DNA of 64,000 bases from Eledone cirrhosa (Eukaryota). This document shows positions 12,413-25,120 of the stretch, piece by piece. Location: contig OZ024759.1 in the NCBI GenBank assembly GCA_964016885.1, positions 31,744,001 through 31,808,000 of the forward strand. Direction: 5' to 3'. The translations under genes and the position numbers were made by a program. The notes under the pieces are model-generated. The model was not told the DNA's origin. It ran no database searches and saw only the letters and a list, made by a program, of their open reading frames with translations. Each line of letters begins with the position of its first letter. The stretch's first letter is position 1.

Positions 12413-12864
12413 GACCAGAAGTCGACCCTAAATATTACTAATAGCTCTAGGAAAGCCACGAACAACAGCACATCTTTTAAACTTTGATTTTGAAAGTAGG
12501 TTTATAATTATCAATTTTCATTATACTTTTGTAGTTGTCTCGTTGGCCTATTTGGAGGAATCGTAGACGGTGGTGATCCTGGTCTGAAGTTCGATCCTGG
12601 TCGGGAGTAGGGTTCCCGGTAAACCTTTTCAGATTTTTTTCTATTGGTTTAAAAAAAACCCCAGTTAGATGCACCTGTTGACCAGGTTTGAACCCAAGAC
12701 CAGGATCTCCACCGTCTCTAGTACCTACCGATAGGCTACAGAAACAACTACGAAAATTCAAACTTATAAATCTACTTTCAAACTTTTCAAAACAAAGTGT
12801 TGTGGTGTCGTTCATGTCTTTCTTACTGTTTTTGCTCCTACTTAAGGTCGACTTCTAAATCATT
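12409..12864. repeat. Diverged ~450-bp inverted repeat (foldback)
   Basis: Colinear reverse-complement blocks AGAAGTCGACC, TTTGAAAGTAG.TTTATAA, GTAGTTGT.TC and AGACGGTGG.GATCCTGGTCT...GTTC.A.CCTGGTC occur on both arms. Confidence 0.8.
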
Positions 12865-13899
12865 TGGGTGTTCCATAAACTACATCCTCGTTTTGTTTAC
12901 ATTTATATCGGTAATTTTAACCCGGTTATCGAACCAAACAGCCAACCGGATATTTATAATAAATTGAAGTGAAAAACAACAGATGCGTGTGTTTTGATTG
13001 GGGGCATGACCCCCCCAAAGTATAACAACATATATATATATATAATATAACACCAAATGAATCAGAAAATAAAGCAAAATTAACTAACAAAAACAACAAC
13101 AATAATCCACACACTCTCCCATGTTACGTCGTGAGGTAAGTCTTTCCTCCTCCCACCATCACCGAGGTAAGTACTTCCTCCTACCTCTCCTCACACGCCC
13201 ATCACAGTTCCACATGGCTGTAAACAGAACATTAACCGCGTACTCTTCTACAACAAACAATGTTGAATTTAGCTTCATTTTAGGAAAAGACTCGGCAAAA
13301 ACTTTTGGTTTAAGTTAAGAAATGAATGATGTAAATATTAAATATGTCCAAGGTAACTTTTAAACACCTCTTTTATTATTATTGTTGTTGTATTGCTGTC
13401 GCTTGATATATTCCTTCAACACCCTTCTATATATATATATATATATATATATTAGAATATAAATATTAATAAAATAGATGTTCTTTTGATCAATTACATT
13501 TTATTATACATATTTCGGACAAAATATAATGATATATGACATACCCTGAGATGTTAAATGGTTAAGATTTAATCAAGGTATGACTACCTTGATTAAACGC
13601 ACCAGAGTACTCGATACTTAGGGTAGTAGAGTGGGTAATAGGATAAGAATGGGGATCCTCATATATATATATGGGACCCGTGTTCAATCGGGGGTAACGA
13701 CAGTAAGGTATTCAATATGTTTATAGAGTGTAAACATCAAATTTAATAGAGAAATAATTTCTACAAGACTAGAATTGCTTCATTCGAAGGAAATCATAAT
13801 GTTATACATACATTTATGAATATATATATATGTGTATATAATACATATATATATAACATTACAAATGCTTTGATAATATCATAAATAGCTCGCGATTCA

Positions 13900-15245
13900 T
13901 TCAGAAAGATATATTCTTTTAATGTTGCAATATTAAACAAAATGTAAAGGAAGGGATGAACAACTGAGCCAACACCAGAGCAAAAGACAGCAACGACGCG
14001 AGGAGTACTGGGCAACCTCTCTAATGATTTTTGAGGCAAGCCAGCACACTCGCAGTGTTGCCTCGGGTGATGGCGAGGCTGATGCGCTGAAACAGCCAAA
14101 CGCCCTCGCGAGATTCGCCAGTTACCTCTATTAGGCGAGCCGCCAGTGAAGAGAGGAACCTCGTAGTCAGCGGCCTGACTCCCCCAAACGTTTCGAAAGC
14201 CACAGGCTGAAAAATGTAGCTGGCCGACAGATCAGAGTATTTGAGGGTCTTACTCCGTTCGGTTGCAGAAGCTGTGGCTCTCGTCCTAACCGCAGCATCC
14301 AGGATGTGGGAAAGAGCAAAAGAGTCACTAACAGTGACGTCCCAGACAAGGCACCTGCCTTTCGACCAGAGGCACAGGGTAAGACCGTCAGGTCTTTTGC
14401 CGTCACTTCTGGACAACCCAGATGGTTCCAAGACTGAGGGGATATTCTCCCGGGCCAAAGCTCTCTTCAGAATGAGGTTTAGCTCCGTGTGACGTGCGAA
14501 GCGGCCGGCATTCAGGCGGCAAGAAACACCGTGGAGGCCTGTGGAGTCGAAGAGTTTGCAGCATCGGCACCTCAAACCCATGCAGACGTCAGCTCCCACT
14601 CTGAGGGCGATGGGGACACGAAGTTGGTCCAAGCGGAGTAGGCCACGGGTAGGGCATCAACCCAGTCGCCTGGGTATTTGGCGCTGGCAGATAGTAAGCG
14701 GCACCTTGCAAACTGATCTGACTGGACGAAGAGGGAGTCAAAGGTGGACATAGAACTGATGCTGTCCCAAGTTTTCTAACTTCGACCGTCCTCCACCTTC
14801 TCAGGAAGAGACAAGCCCAACTCACTCCATTGCTGGAGAGCTTCACCCAACTCCCTATTGGAACTAGTCCATGTTGGAGAGGAGAGGATGCTGCTCACCA
14901 GAAGTGATGATTTGGTCACCGAAAGAAAGGTAGGAGGGCTCCCTATAAGCCTGCCAAGCAAAGTGGTAGAGTTGTGGGACTCTCTCTCTTATTGAGCCGA
15001 GGACGATGTCGCGGCTGGCGGAGTTAAATGCATTCTTGAGGTCAAGTTTGAGGATGACCTTGGGGGACGAAGAGGGCAAGTTGGTAAATGCTCTGGTAGC
15101 GTGGACATCAGTCTCACATCCCAACTTGGTACCCACCCCCAGCTGGATGGGGGGGAAATTCCTCCGCGAGTGAGTCGGAGACCAACAGCAAACACGCCTT
15201 TGCAGTGAGGCGGCGAAGGGTGCAGCCAACCGCAATGGGGAACAA
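13900..15245 (-). mobile_element. CRE-clade-like non-LTR retrotransposon fragment with internal RT deletion
   Basis: PIAVGCTLRRL, PIQLGVG..GCE, LKLDLKNAFNS (RT N-part), then a jump to CxC..H..C, RH..LN, KRPDGLTL..W.KG..LVWDVT, K..KY, PVAFETFG, FQRISLAITRGN (RLE typical of metazoan CRE). Confidence 0.85.
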
Positions 15246-15311
15246 AACAGAGAGGCAGACAAATAAAGGTTTATTAGGTTCACGCTCTTGAGAGTGGGGC
15301 GGGGGGGGGGG

Positions 15312-15341
15312 GGACGTTTCAGGCATAAACCCTTCTTAGTT
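15312..15341 (-). ncRNA. Decayed minimal hammerhead ribozyme motif
   Basis: Minus strand reads CTAAGA-AGG GTTTATG CCT-GAAAC-GTC (CTGAnGA missing one G), followed by AATAAA ~40 nt downstream. Confidence 0.45.
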
Positions 15342-15519
15342 TAGGAAGAGAGTTCAAGGTTCGATCTGTATCGATCTAGCCCGATTCTGGAATCAAAAGT
15401 TCGTCGGACCTCTGTAGTAGTAATGACATTACTACTATATATATATATATATGTATATGTATATATATATGTGTATATGTATATATATATGTGTATATAT
15501 ATATGTATATATGTATATA

Positions 15520-15584
<65 letters not shown>

Positions 15585-15644
15585 GAAGTAATTCCGTCGG
15601 AAAAGTCCAGAAAAAAGAGTGCTCTATGTAGGTAACAGAGCTTA

Positions 15645-15833
15645 ATAGTTATGTAATAAACAACATAAGGCAATTATTTCATTTACCAGTGGTTTCTTAA
15701 AAGCAAACAAATTTTGCTTTCGATCATCAGAATGAACACCAGGATTTTTTAATTCTGATGATTGAAAGCAAAATTTGTTTGCTTTTAAGAAACCACTGGT
15801 AAATGAAATAATTGCCTTATGTTGTTTATTACA

Positions 15834-15840
<7 letters not shown>
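15645..15840. repeat. Near-perfect inverted repeat, 89-bp arms, 18-bp spacer, abutting (TA)n
   Basis: 15645-15733 is the reverse complement of 15752-15840 with one mismatch seen. Confidence 0.9.
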
Positions 15841-15889
<49 letters not shown>

Positions 15890-16241
15890 TTATTTTATTC
15901 TGAGTTAAGGCTCTATGGATTTTTCCCTGGATTTCACCAAATTCTGCGGATGAATCTATGTCCTGATTCTTTTTGAATTGAGTTTGAATTATTTTCCCAC
16001 ATCTTACGTTAACTATTTTTCCATTTTGACGTTATAGTCACTGATATATTATGAAATATTGTTGGCTTCTTGCTCACAATAATTTCTATACTTTTCATTT
16101 ATATATATATATATATATATATAATAAACACACGTTACAAACTATCAATAAAAACCAAATCTTTATTCTACACCAGGTTGATCGTCACACAGAAACTTTA
16201 CCGGAATACCTCTTGTAAACTTGTTAAAGTAGGAACCGATC

Positions 16242-16378
16242 ACCACGAACTTTCACACACGGATTCACACACGAACTTTCACACACACGGATTCACACAC
16301 GAACTTTCACACACACGGATTCACACACGGATTTTCACATACACGGATTCACACACGGATATTCACACACACGGATCC
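16242..16378. repeat. Short minisatellite (CACACACGGATT/CACACACGAACTTT)
   Basis: Seen directly. Confidence 0.85.
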
Positions 16379-16756
16379 ATGAAGAGTAACCATCGCCTCT
16401 GAAGAAAGTAAATTACCTGGTTTCTAAATAAATAAATACTTTGTGTTTAACGGTTTTCTGTTATAATTAAAACAGAAAATATTTTTTTTTTGTTTTTATT
16501 TTATTTTCTAACACCGAATTAAATGTTTTTGGTTATTTTTTTATTTTTGTTGATTTTTACGTTTCAAACATTTGGTAGGTATATATTATACTCACTGACT
16601 ATTTATTTATTCAGTTTAAACGTCCGTATAGAGCTAGTGGGCTATGACAGACTAGGGGAAGTATCTAGTACTTCTAACATCCGCAGGGCCAGACTGCCCC
16701 CCAGGGGCCAGACTTTCACCTTTTGAGGCCTTAAGCTAAACAACATATATATATGT

Positions 16757-16960
16757 GAAGGCGCGTAGCTAAGTGGTTAGAGAATTGGATTCGCAATCGT
16801 GAGGTTGAGTTCGATTCCCGGACCGGCTGATTTGTTATGCCCTTGAGCAAGACACTTTATTCCCCGTTTCTCCTTCTACCTGGAGTTGCGACCGATAGAT
16901 AGTATTAGCAACTGGAAAGACCAATGGAAACATCGTTTCCTCGGTCCGATTTGACGAAAG
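16757..16960 (+). mobile_element. tRNA-derived SINE (second family)
   Basis: A-box TAGCTAAGTGG, B-box GTTCGATTCC, then CCTTGAGCAAGACACTTTA. Reverse copies at ~33960-34130 and ~56310-56470. Confidence 0.75.
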
Positions 16961-17140
16961 TCGATCGACTGTTGATATATATATATATATAATTGTTTAT
17001 GATTTAGTGTTAAAGAATAAAAACTGATAAAATAAAAATATATTTTTTAAAATGAGGTCTCTGAAGGTGTGGGGCCTTAAGCTATAGCTAAGTCTAGTAC
17101 TGTAGAGATCCCTTGGTGGGCTCAGCTGTTATATATGTAA

Positions 17141-17178
<38 letters not shown>

Positions 17179-17180
<2 letters not shown>

Positions 17181-17302
17181 ATATATTTACATATATTTAT
17201 ATACATTCTCTTTGTTGTGTATATATATATTTCTATGAATTTATATGCATTCTCTTTGTTTTGTATGTGTGTGTATGTATATCATCATCATCATACGTCC
17301 GC

Positions 17303-17357
<55 letters not shown>

Positions 17358-17479
17358 ATATATTTACATATATTTATATACATTCTCTTTGTTGTGTATA
17401 TATATATTTCTATGAATTTATATGCATTCTCTTTGTTTTGTATGTGTGTGTATGTATATCATCATCATCATACGTCCGC

Positions 17480-17480
<1 letters not shown>
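17179..17480. repeat. Tandem duplication, ~177-bp period, microsatellite-bounded
   Basis: 17179-17303 is repeated at 17356-17480; degenerate variants continue to ~17930. Confidence 0.85.
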
Positions 17481-17510
<30 letters not shown>

Positions 17511-17701
17511 GAATTTATATACATTTTCTTTGTTGCATATATATCTATATATATATATATATTTACATGAATTTATATACATTTTCTTTGTTCCATATGT
17601 GTGTGTATATATATGTATATTTACTTAAATTTATATACTTTTCCTTTGTTTCATATATGTATGTATATTTATATTTATATGAATTCTCTTTGTTGTGTGT
17701 A

Positions 17702-17768
<67 letters not shown>

Positions 17769-17853
17769 GTATATGTATATATGTATATGTATATATATAT
17801 ATATTTATTTACATGAATTTATATACATTTTCTTTGTTGCATATATATGTGTG

Positions 17854-17886
<33 letters not shown>

Positions 17887-18553
17887 GTGTATATATAGAT
17901 ATTTACATAAATCTATATTCATTCTCTTCATAGTATAACACTTGAGAGGTAACTTTGTAAGGTAGGGAGTTTTCTTTTTACCCGTGCAAAGCTGGTAGGG
18001 TGTAAAATGTATAAAGTTACATCCCTGTTAGTTTTATGTTCAATCTCCTCCCAAGGGGTTGTCAATGTAATCAATTATCTATTCTTAGACTATATCTGAC
18101 CCCTTTTTGTGTGACCAACAGTTAAAAAAAACAGGGTCGAATAAATCGACTTACCCCTAATACTAATAATTTCTTTGTATTGCACATTGTATCATGTATG
18201 TTGATAAAAGTCTTTGAAAACATTATGTATAGAGATTAATATATATGTATATGTATGTGTTTGCATGTATGTGTATGTGTGTATGTGTGTGAATATGTGT
18301 GTATATATGTATATATATGTGTATATATGTATGTGTATGTGTGAATATGTATGTGTGTGTGTGTGTGAATATGATTGTGTGTATGTGTAAATATGTGTAT
18401 GTGTAAATATGTGTATGTGTGTGCGAATATATGTGTATATATATATGTGTGTATATATATATGTGTGTGTGTATGTATATGTGTGTATGTGTGTGTGTAT
18501 AAAACGGTGATGATGATGATGTATATGTATCTATCTGTCTATCTATATATATT

Positions 18554-18660
18554 ATTATAGAAATGACTTCTATGGGACTAGAACGGTTTCATTTGTAAGA
18601 AATCATCAGGATTTCTTAAGAATTAAACAGTTCTAGTCCTGTAGAAGTCATTTCTATAAT
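18554..18660. repeat. Palindromic element with hammerhead-like core, in (TA)n context
   Basis: TATAGAAATGACTTCTA...TAGAAGTCATTTCTATA. Homologous palindromes at 46581-46672 and 46711-46812; partial copy at ~13705-13800. Confidence 0.8.
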
Positions 18661-18742
18661 AAAATAAATATGCCTCTATTTCACTAACATATTGAGTACC
18701 TTTTTTAACTGTGGTCACCTCCAGATAGATTGGGAATTCACC

Positions 18743-18811
<69 letters not shown>

Positions 18812-19200
18812 GTAGATAGATTAATATATATATATATATATTACATCATCATAATTGTTTTTCGTCCGCGTAAAAGAAGATTGTAATCTCAGCATGGCTA
18901 AAAAGGTCCTCTCTATACATTGTCTCATTTCGATCGCGAAACACTTAACAGAGTGTTTGGGGTACATTTTATCATAGCTCCAGCAGTAGCCCGAGAAGAG
19001 GAGGGAGCTTGATAGAAGAGAGAGAGAGAGAGAGAGCAAAATGGGAAAGGAAGGACCTTGCTGAGGCATGCAACTATAATCGGAGTGAGATGGTGTGGGA
19101 GGGAGAAATGGCAAAGAGAACATAGTGAGGGAATGGCAGAGGTGGGGAAAAATTAGCAGTGTGTTAGAGGGGGTGGTTAATAGAAATGATGATGATGATG

Positions 19201-19232
<32 letters not shown>

Positions 19233-19249
19233 TTATTTTACATATATAG

Positions 19250-19690
19250 AATGAAACGATAGTATTGGTAGAGGGTCGGACACCATGCTTTGTAGCGTAG
19301 TTACGGCCCTTTATGATCTGAGTTCAAATCCCGCCAAGGTTAATTTTGCCTTTCATCCTTACGGGGTTGATAAAATATAGTACCAGTAATACACTGGGAT
19401 AGTTGCTGGCCTTGTGCCTAAAGTAGAAACAATTATTATGAGATGGTGCAGAGCGGTGGATTGGCAGCATAGAGTTACGGCCCGTTATGGTTTGAGTTCA
19501 GATCCTGCCAAGGTTAACTTTGCCTTTCATCCTTACGGGGTCGATAAAATAAAGTACCAGTCATGCACTGGGGTCGATTTAATCGACTTTCCCCTCCCAC
19601 AAAATTGCTGGCCTTGTGCCTATATAAGAAACCATTATTATGGGATGGTGCATTTCACAAAATCGTTGGAGCATCAGACAAAATGAAAAT
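19250..19690 (+). mobile_element. Tandem tRNA-derived SINE copies
   Basis: Two GCCTTTCATCCTTACGGGG..GATAAAAT..AGTACCAG cores with TAGAAAC(A/C)ATT tails. Confidence 0.8.
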
Positions 19691-20333
19691 ATTAATTTAT
19701 CTCTTTACCATTGCTTACAGAGCCTGGGTGGAATGTGTAGGTCAATAGAATAAAGGGCCAGTCAAGTACTGCCTGTAGTTGTGTTGATTACATTGAGTAG
19801 ACCCTTACTAATATTGCCACCCTGGGGTCTTATTGTTATTGTTGTTACTAATAGAAATATTAAATGAGAGAAAAGAAAACTATTATTGTTATTATTACTA
19901 ACTGTTTTAACCCTTTCGATACCAATCTTCTTCCCTGTGAAACTATGACCACTCATTTTTAAGGGTCTTCTTCTTTGCCCACTTATTCCTGGGAGAGTCG
20001 TGGGGGCAGAGTCCTCAAACATCCCCTCCCCTAGTGAGTCCTGTCAGAAGCAGCTGTCTCCTATTCATCCAGCTAGATGACCTTGTGAGACCAGTTGAGC
20101 TCATCGATGTTATCCAACCATCTTGCTCGGAGTTACAAGTTTCATTAAAATACAAGCAGCTTTGTACAAGTCTTGTTGAAACTTAGTTTTTCCCCTATTT
20201 ATTTATGTTTTACATATTATTGAAAAGTTGTTGATTCTCCTGATTTTCTCCACCCTTTGGTTTTGTTTTTTAAATCACAGAGGTGTCCAGAAATCCCCCT
20301 CCTCAGCAAGAAATCTTGGTGGGGGTTGCCAGT

Positions 20334-20554
20334 TTAACCCTTTAGCATTTAAACTGGTCATATCCGGCCAGAATTCTCTCACCTCTTTCTGTTCAAACCG
20401 GCTGTAATCAACCACTCATACCGATGTTAAGGTATTGTTCTCAAAATAAATAACATCGAAATCGCGTAGATGTGATATTATGTGAGGTAATTATGAGATA
20501 AATTCATTACCATGAAAATACAATAGTAAATATAGAGTTATAGTAAAGGGTTAA
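20334..20554 (+). mobile_element. piggyBac-type MITE copy
   Basis: TTAA-CCCTTTAGC...AAAGGG-TTAA. Confidence 0.85.
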
Positions 20555-21019
20555 ACACTGATGACCCGACCATATGATGCTCATACTGGGTTATGTTGCC
20601 AATAGTGATCAAGAGCAAGTTGACATTACTTAAAAAATATCACAATATTAAAATATTCTTGAGAGGGTCATGGGGGCAGAGTCCTCAAACACTCCTTCCA
20701 GTGGGTCCTGTCAGAAGCAACCATCTCCAACTGATCCGGCTGGATCCCCAAGTGGGACCAGCCAAGATCATGGATATTATCCAACCATCTTGCTCGGAGT
20801 CTACCCCTGGGTCTCTTGCCAGTTGGTTTTGCCCGTAAAATCTGTCTAGCTATTTATTTATATCAATAAATCCCCCTGAATTCGTTAGAAATAACAGTAA
20901 TGAAAGGGTTAAATATTTAAAATGTTTTTATGTTTTGTTCAATTACTGTGAATACTTTGGTATATGCCACACATTTTCCATGAATACGATGTAAACTCAC
21001 ACACAGACACACACACACA

Positions 21020-21975
21020 TTAGTATGAGAGGTTAATGAATGTGGAGTATAAATGGGAAGAGGTGAGACTACCTCCAACTGACCCAACAGAGGGACCAGA
21101 TGTTGAAATTAACAGATACAGGGTCAAAGAAACAATCAAGGAGATGAAAAATGGTAAAGCTGCTGGTCTGTCTGAAATAGTTGCTGAGATGTTGAAAGCA
21201 CCTGGGTAAATACGAGTTGAACTAGTCACCTGTATATAGTCAATGAAATAATATAGGATGGGGCCATGCATAATGACTGGTACAGTAGCATAATCATTAA
21301 TTGCTGCAAAGGAAAAGGTGATGTCCTAGAAATGAGCAACTACAGGGGAATAAAACTGGTGGAAAGAGTTCTAGAACAACTAATTAGGGAAAGAGTCAAA
21401 TTAGATGAGATGTGAGTTTGGTTTCATGCCAGAGAGGAGCACCACAGATGCCCTCTTTTTAGTCAGACACCTACAAGAGAAGTTGTTAGCTAGGAGTAAA
21501 CGCCTATATCTAGCTTTTGTTGATCTAGCAAAAGCCTTTGACAGAGTACCACGATTAGTCATCTGGTGATCCTGAAGGAAACTAGAAGTAGAAAATGTCT
21601 TGTAAGAGCAGTGCAGGCCACGTACAGAGGAGTTGTAAGTAAATTGAGGAATTCAAGGTTCAGGTAGGAGTCCATCAGGATTCAGTTCATAGCCCACTCC
21701 TGTGTATCCTTGTCTTCCTGGCCATAAGAGCAGCTTAAGACTGGTTGCCCATGGGAACTTCTGTGTGCCAATGATCTGGTCCTCATAGCTAAATCTGTGG
21801 AAGAACTAGAGAATAAATTCTGGCTGTGGAAACAGAACTTAGAATCAATAAGGCTTAGAGTAAATTTAGCAAAAACCAAAATGTTAATAAGTAAGAAAGA
21901 AGATAGGGTACTAATCTCATTATGGAGGTGGCCTTGCTCCATAGAAAAGGAGTAGGCATAAACTATATGATGTAG
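21020..21975 (+). mobile_element. RTE-clade LINE RT remnant (family A)
   Basis: Degenerate MKNGKAAG, NYRGIKL, FVDLAKAFDRVP, GVHQDSVHSPLL, ELLCANDLVL motifs with stops and frameshifts. Confidence 0.85.
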
Positions 21976-21978
21976 ACA

Positions 21979-23170
21979 ATGCAAATCTTGGGTATAGAAG
22001 AGGCAGAAAAAGCAGCCAGTCGAAATGACACAAGAACTCTATACTGCGTTGTGAGAGAGATGACTAGGATAGGGAGCAATCCAGGTATGCCAGTGAAAGA
22101 CAAAAGCAGAAAGACCCTGGTGACAGCAGATGGTCAAGACCAGAGATGGGTAGAACACTTCGGGAGAGGGGGAGGACTAAACCAACTGCCCTTGACTCTG
22201 GCAACTGATGCAACTGATGCACCACTCCATGGGTGTGAGGACCAAATCATTGAAGAGGAAACAAGAAATGTGATCAAGGCTCTGAAGAACAACAAGGGCA
22301 GAGGACTTGATGAGATCTCAGCAGAGATGCTAAAGACTGATGAGGACAACACTATTACAGCACTGACCAGTCTGAGGAACCACTGCTAGCAGGATGAACA
22401 AGTGCCCTTTGGATGGCTACAGGGAGTCATCATTAAACTGCCAAAGCAGAGGAATGTAACAGATTGTAACAATTGGCATGGCATCACACTGCTGTCGGAC
22501 CCAGGCAAGGTTCAGCACAGTGTTGCTTTGACAGCTACATGTAGACTCTAAGCTCAGAAAAGGACAAGCAGGTTTCTGAAGCAACTGCTCATGCACTGAA
22601 CAGATCTTTACATTGTGCAACATCATTGAGCAGTGTATCAAGCTATAAAAGCCACTGGCGCTCAACTTATTGACTTTCAAAAAGCATTTGACAGCGTGCA
22701 CAAGGAGTCGTTCTGGAACATTGCACGCTTGTATGGCATTCCACAGAGTTTCATCATCATTTTCAAAGGTCTGTACGCCAACACAAGCTGTTGCGTGACA
22801 ACTGAATCTGGTACAATGGAGTTCTTCAATATCCTCTCCGGGGTCAGACAAGGCTTTGTCCTCTCTCCCCTGTTGTTCCTGCTGGCTGCTGATTTCATAT
22901 TGGAAACGACTTCTGACGGAGCTCGTTGGGAGATCTTGTGGGCAGGGAAATCAAGGCTGAAAGACCTGGATTTTTCCAATGACATTGCTTTGCTAGCTGA
23001 GGACAGTATGAACCTGCAGGAGCTAATAACCTCCCTGCAGGTAAATGCCGAGAAAATCGAGTTAAGAGTCAAAACCCAAAAGATCAAGGCTATGAAGGTA
23101 GCAGTTAAGGTGAACCAACAGGAGCTGGACGAGGTCGACCACTTCATGTACCTTGACAGCATCACCTGAA
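21979..23170 (+). mobile_element. RTE-clade LINE RT remnant (family B)
   Basis: LKNNKGRGLDEISAEMLK, IDFQKAFDSVH, SGVRQGFVLSPLLF, DLDFSNDIALL, VDHFMYL. Confidence 0.9.
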
Positions 23171-23506
23171 TGAACCATCCTCTCAAATGGTATATCATCT
23201 CCAATCACCAACACTATAGCCTCCAGTGTTTCACTACATTTACCTTTAGTGTGACAGTACATGTATGTATAAAATATAGGTGTGGCTTATACATGAGTGT
23301 GTACGGTAATTTATTTAAATTAACATTTTGAAATTAAATCAATAAACAAAAAAAAAGATGACAATTATAAGCAATGAAAAGATGACATTTATAAATTTAA
23401 TTATTAATTAATCTGGGGAAAAATTTTGTAATAATACAAAAAGTCTGTAAATTTTAAAATTTTAATTATTGCTAATTATGGTAATTAATATTTCCTTATT
23501 ATCAGC

Positions 23507-23572
<66 letters not shown>

Positions 23573-23622
23573 AAATAAAACAAGGACGAGTGGTTACTCC
23601 TTCATTACGTTTATTGGTTGGT

Positions 23623-23701
23623 GATGTGCGTTTCACCAGCGATCAGCTCAAGGTTTGATCTGTATCGATCTAGCCCGACTCTGTAATCAATGGCTCATCG
23701 G
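23623..23701 (-). ncRNA. Hammerhead-like motif with enlarged stem II (Penelope-like LTR remnant)
   Basis: Minus strand: CCGATGAG-CCA...(~55 nt)...TGGT-GAAAC-GCAC-ATC, then AATAAA. Homologous to 34508-34589 and 15352-15397. Confidence 0.5.
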
Positions 23702-23773
23702 ACCTATTTAGTGGTAATGACAGAATGAGTGCTCACCTAGGTGAACCTACAGTAACTCCGCATTACACTCCCT

Positions 23774-23810
<37 letters not shown>

Positions 23811-24098
23811 TTTCCATATTTGCTCGCATGGATTGAACAGGTTTTCTCTCCCATTTCAGCCCAAGTCTTTCTTGGCTTACCTGTACCACATTTTTCCCTC
23901 CACATGAATCTAGGATGGATATTATGTCCTCAACAATGGGGTTCATTCCACTCTATACTACACTATACTATCTCCAGTTGATGGTCAAGCTCTTTATATA
24001 GTGTGATGAATACATTTTATTGTGGTATCATCTCTAGAGAGGTTGTCAAGTCCTCGACAGAACAAAAGACAAAAGAGTCCTCTCAATCTTTCTTCCTT

Positions 24099-24390
24099 AG
24101 TCTACCATGGAATACCTCTACCTCACTGTTCCTTTACATTTTTCTCACCCAGGTGAGATCAGCTTCCATAACCTCTGCCTAAGTCTACCATGGAATACCT
24201 CTACCTCACTGTTCCTTTACATTTTTCTCACCCAGGTGAGATCAGCTTCCATAACCTCTGCCTAAGTCTATCTCGGAATACCTCTACCATATCTTGCATC
24301 CATTTGTGTTCCCTCCTTTGTGAGGTTTACACTGCTGAGATCAGATTTCATAACCTCTGGCTAAGTCTGCCGTGGAATACCTCTACCACA
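24099..24390 (-). repeat. ~83-bp tandem duplication of an RTE 3'-end-like fragment
   Basis: AGTCTACCATGGAATACCTCTACC...CTCTGCCTA is repeated directly, with a degenerate third copy. Confidence 0.7.
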
Positions 24391-25073
24391 GCGTCCCTGA
24401 AAAGGTTAGTTACCTTTTAAGTAAGTAAATCAGAACATATATTATAATTAGCAATATTTTAAAAATAATTAAAATCTACCGGCTCTTTGTATTATTGTGA
24501 ATGTTATTACTAATTATGGGAAATGATTAAAAAATATTTATGAACCAACAAAAATGTTTTTGTTGGTTCAAAAGATTTTATCATTTCTCTTGTTGAAATA
24601 ATTCATAAGCGCAGGTATGATCATATATTAGGGTTAACATTTCTATATTGGCATGGGTTGGATAAGATTACTTGAGGTAGTTTTCCACAGCTGGATGCCC
24701 CTCCTGCTTTTATGCCCACTTTTCCATGCTGGTATATATACATTTACACATTCACACACACAGATATATCGTTTAATGTCCATCTTCCACGCTAGCATGG
24801 GCAGGACAGGATTCCCCTTTGTGAGGGATCAGGCTGGAGGACTGTGATTCACTCACACACAACTGATTCTGGCTTGATTTCTACAGCTGGATGTCCTTCC
24901 TAACGCCAACCTCATTTACAGTGTGATCCGGGTGCCTTTTGTCATGACACCTACACAACCCCTATAGTGTAGGCTGGGCTCTTTTATCATGGCTCCAGGG
25001 GGGGGGGTCACTTTTTAGAGAAGGTTGGAAACTTAGGAGGGGTAGGGAAGATGTTTTCGAAATTGGGGACGTA

Positions 25074-25120
<47 letters not shown>

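Noticed and set aside
12477-12815. 112-aa minus-strand ORF as a protein gene
   Set aside because: It spans both arms of a diverged palindrome and has no recognisable domain; not supportable without expression data.
16757-16835. tRNA gene
   Set aside because: A and B boxes are present, but there is no complete cloverleaf and the sequence continues into a SINE body found elsewhere in the window.
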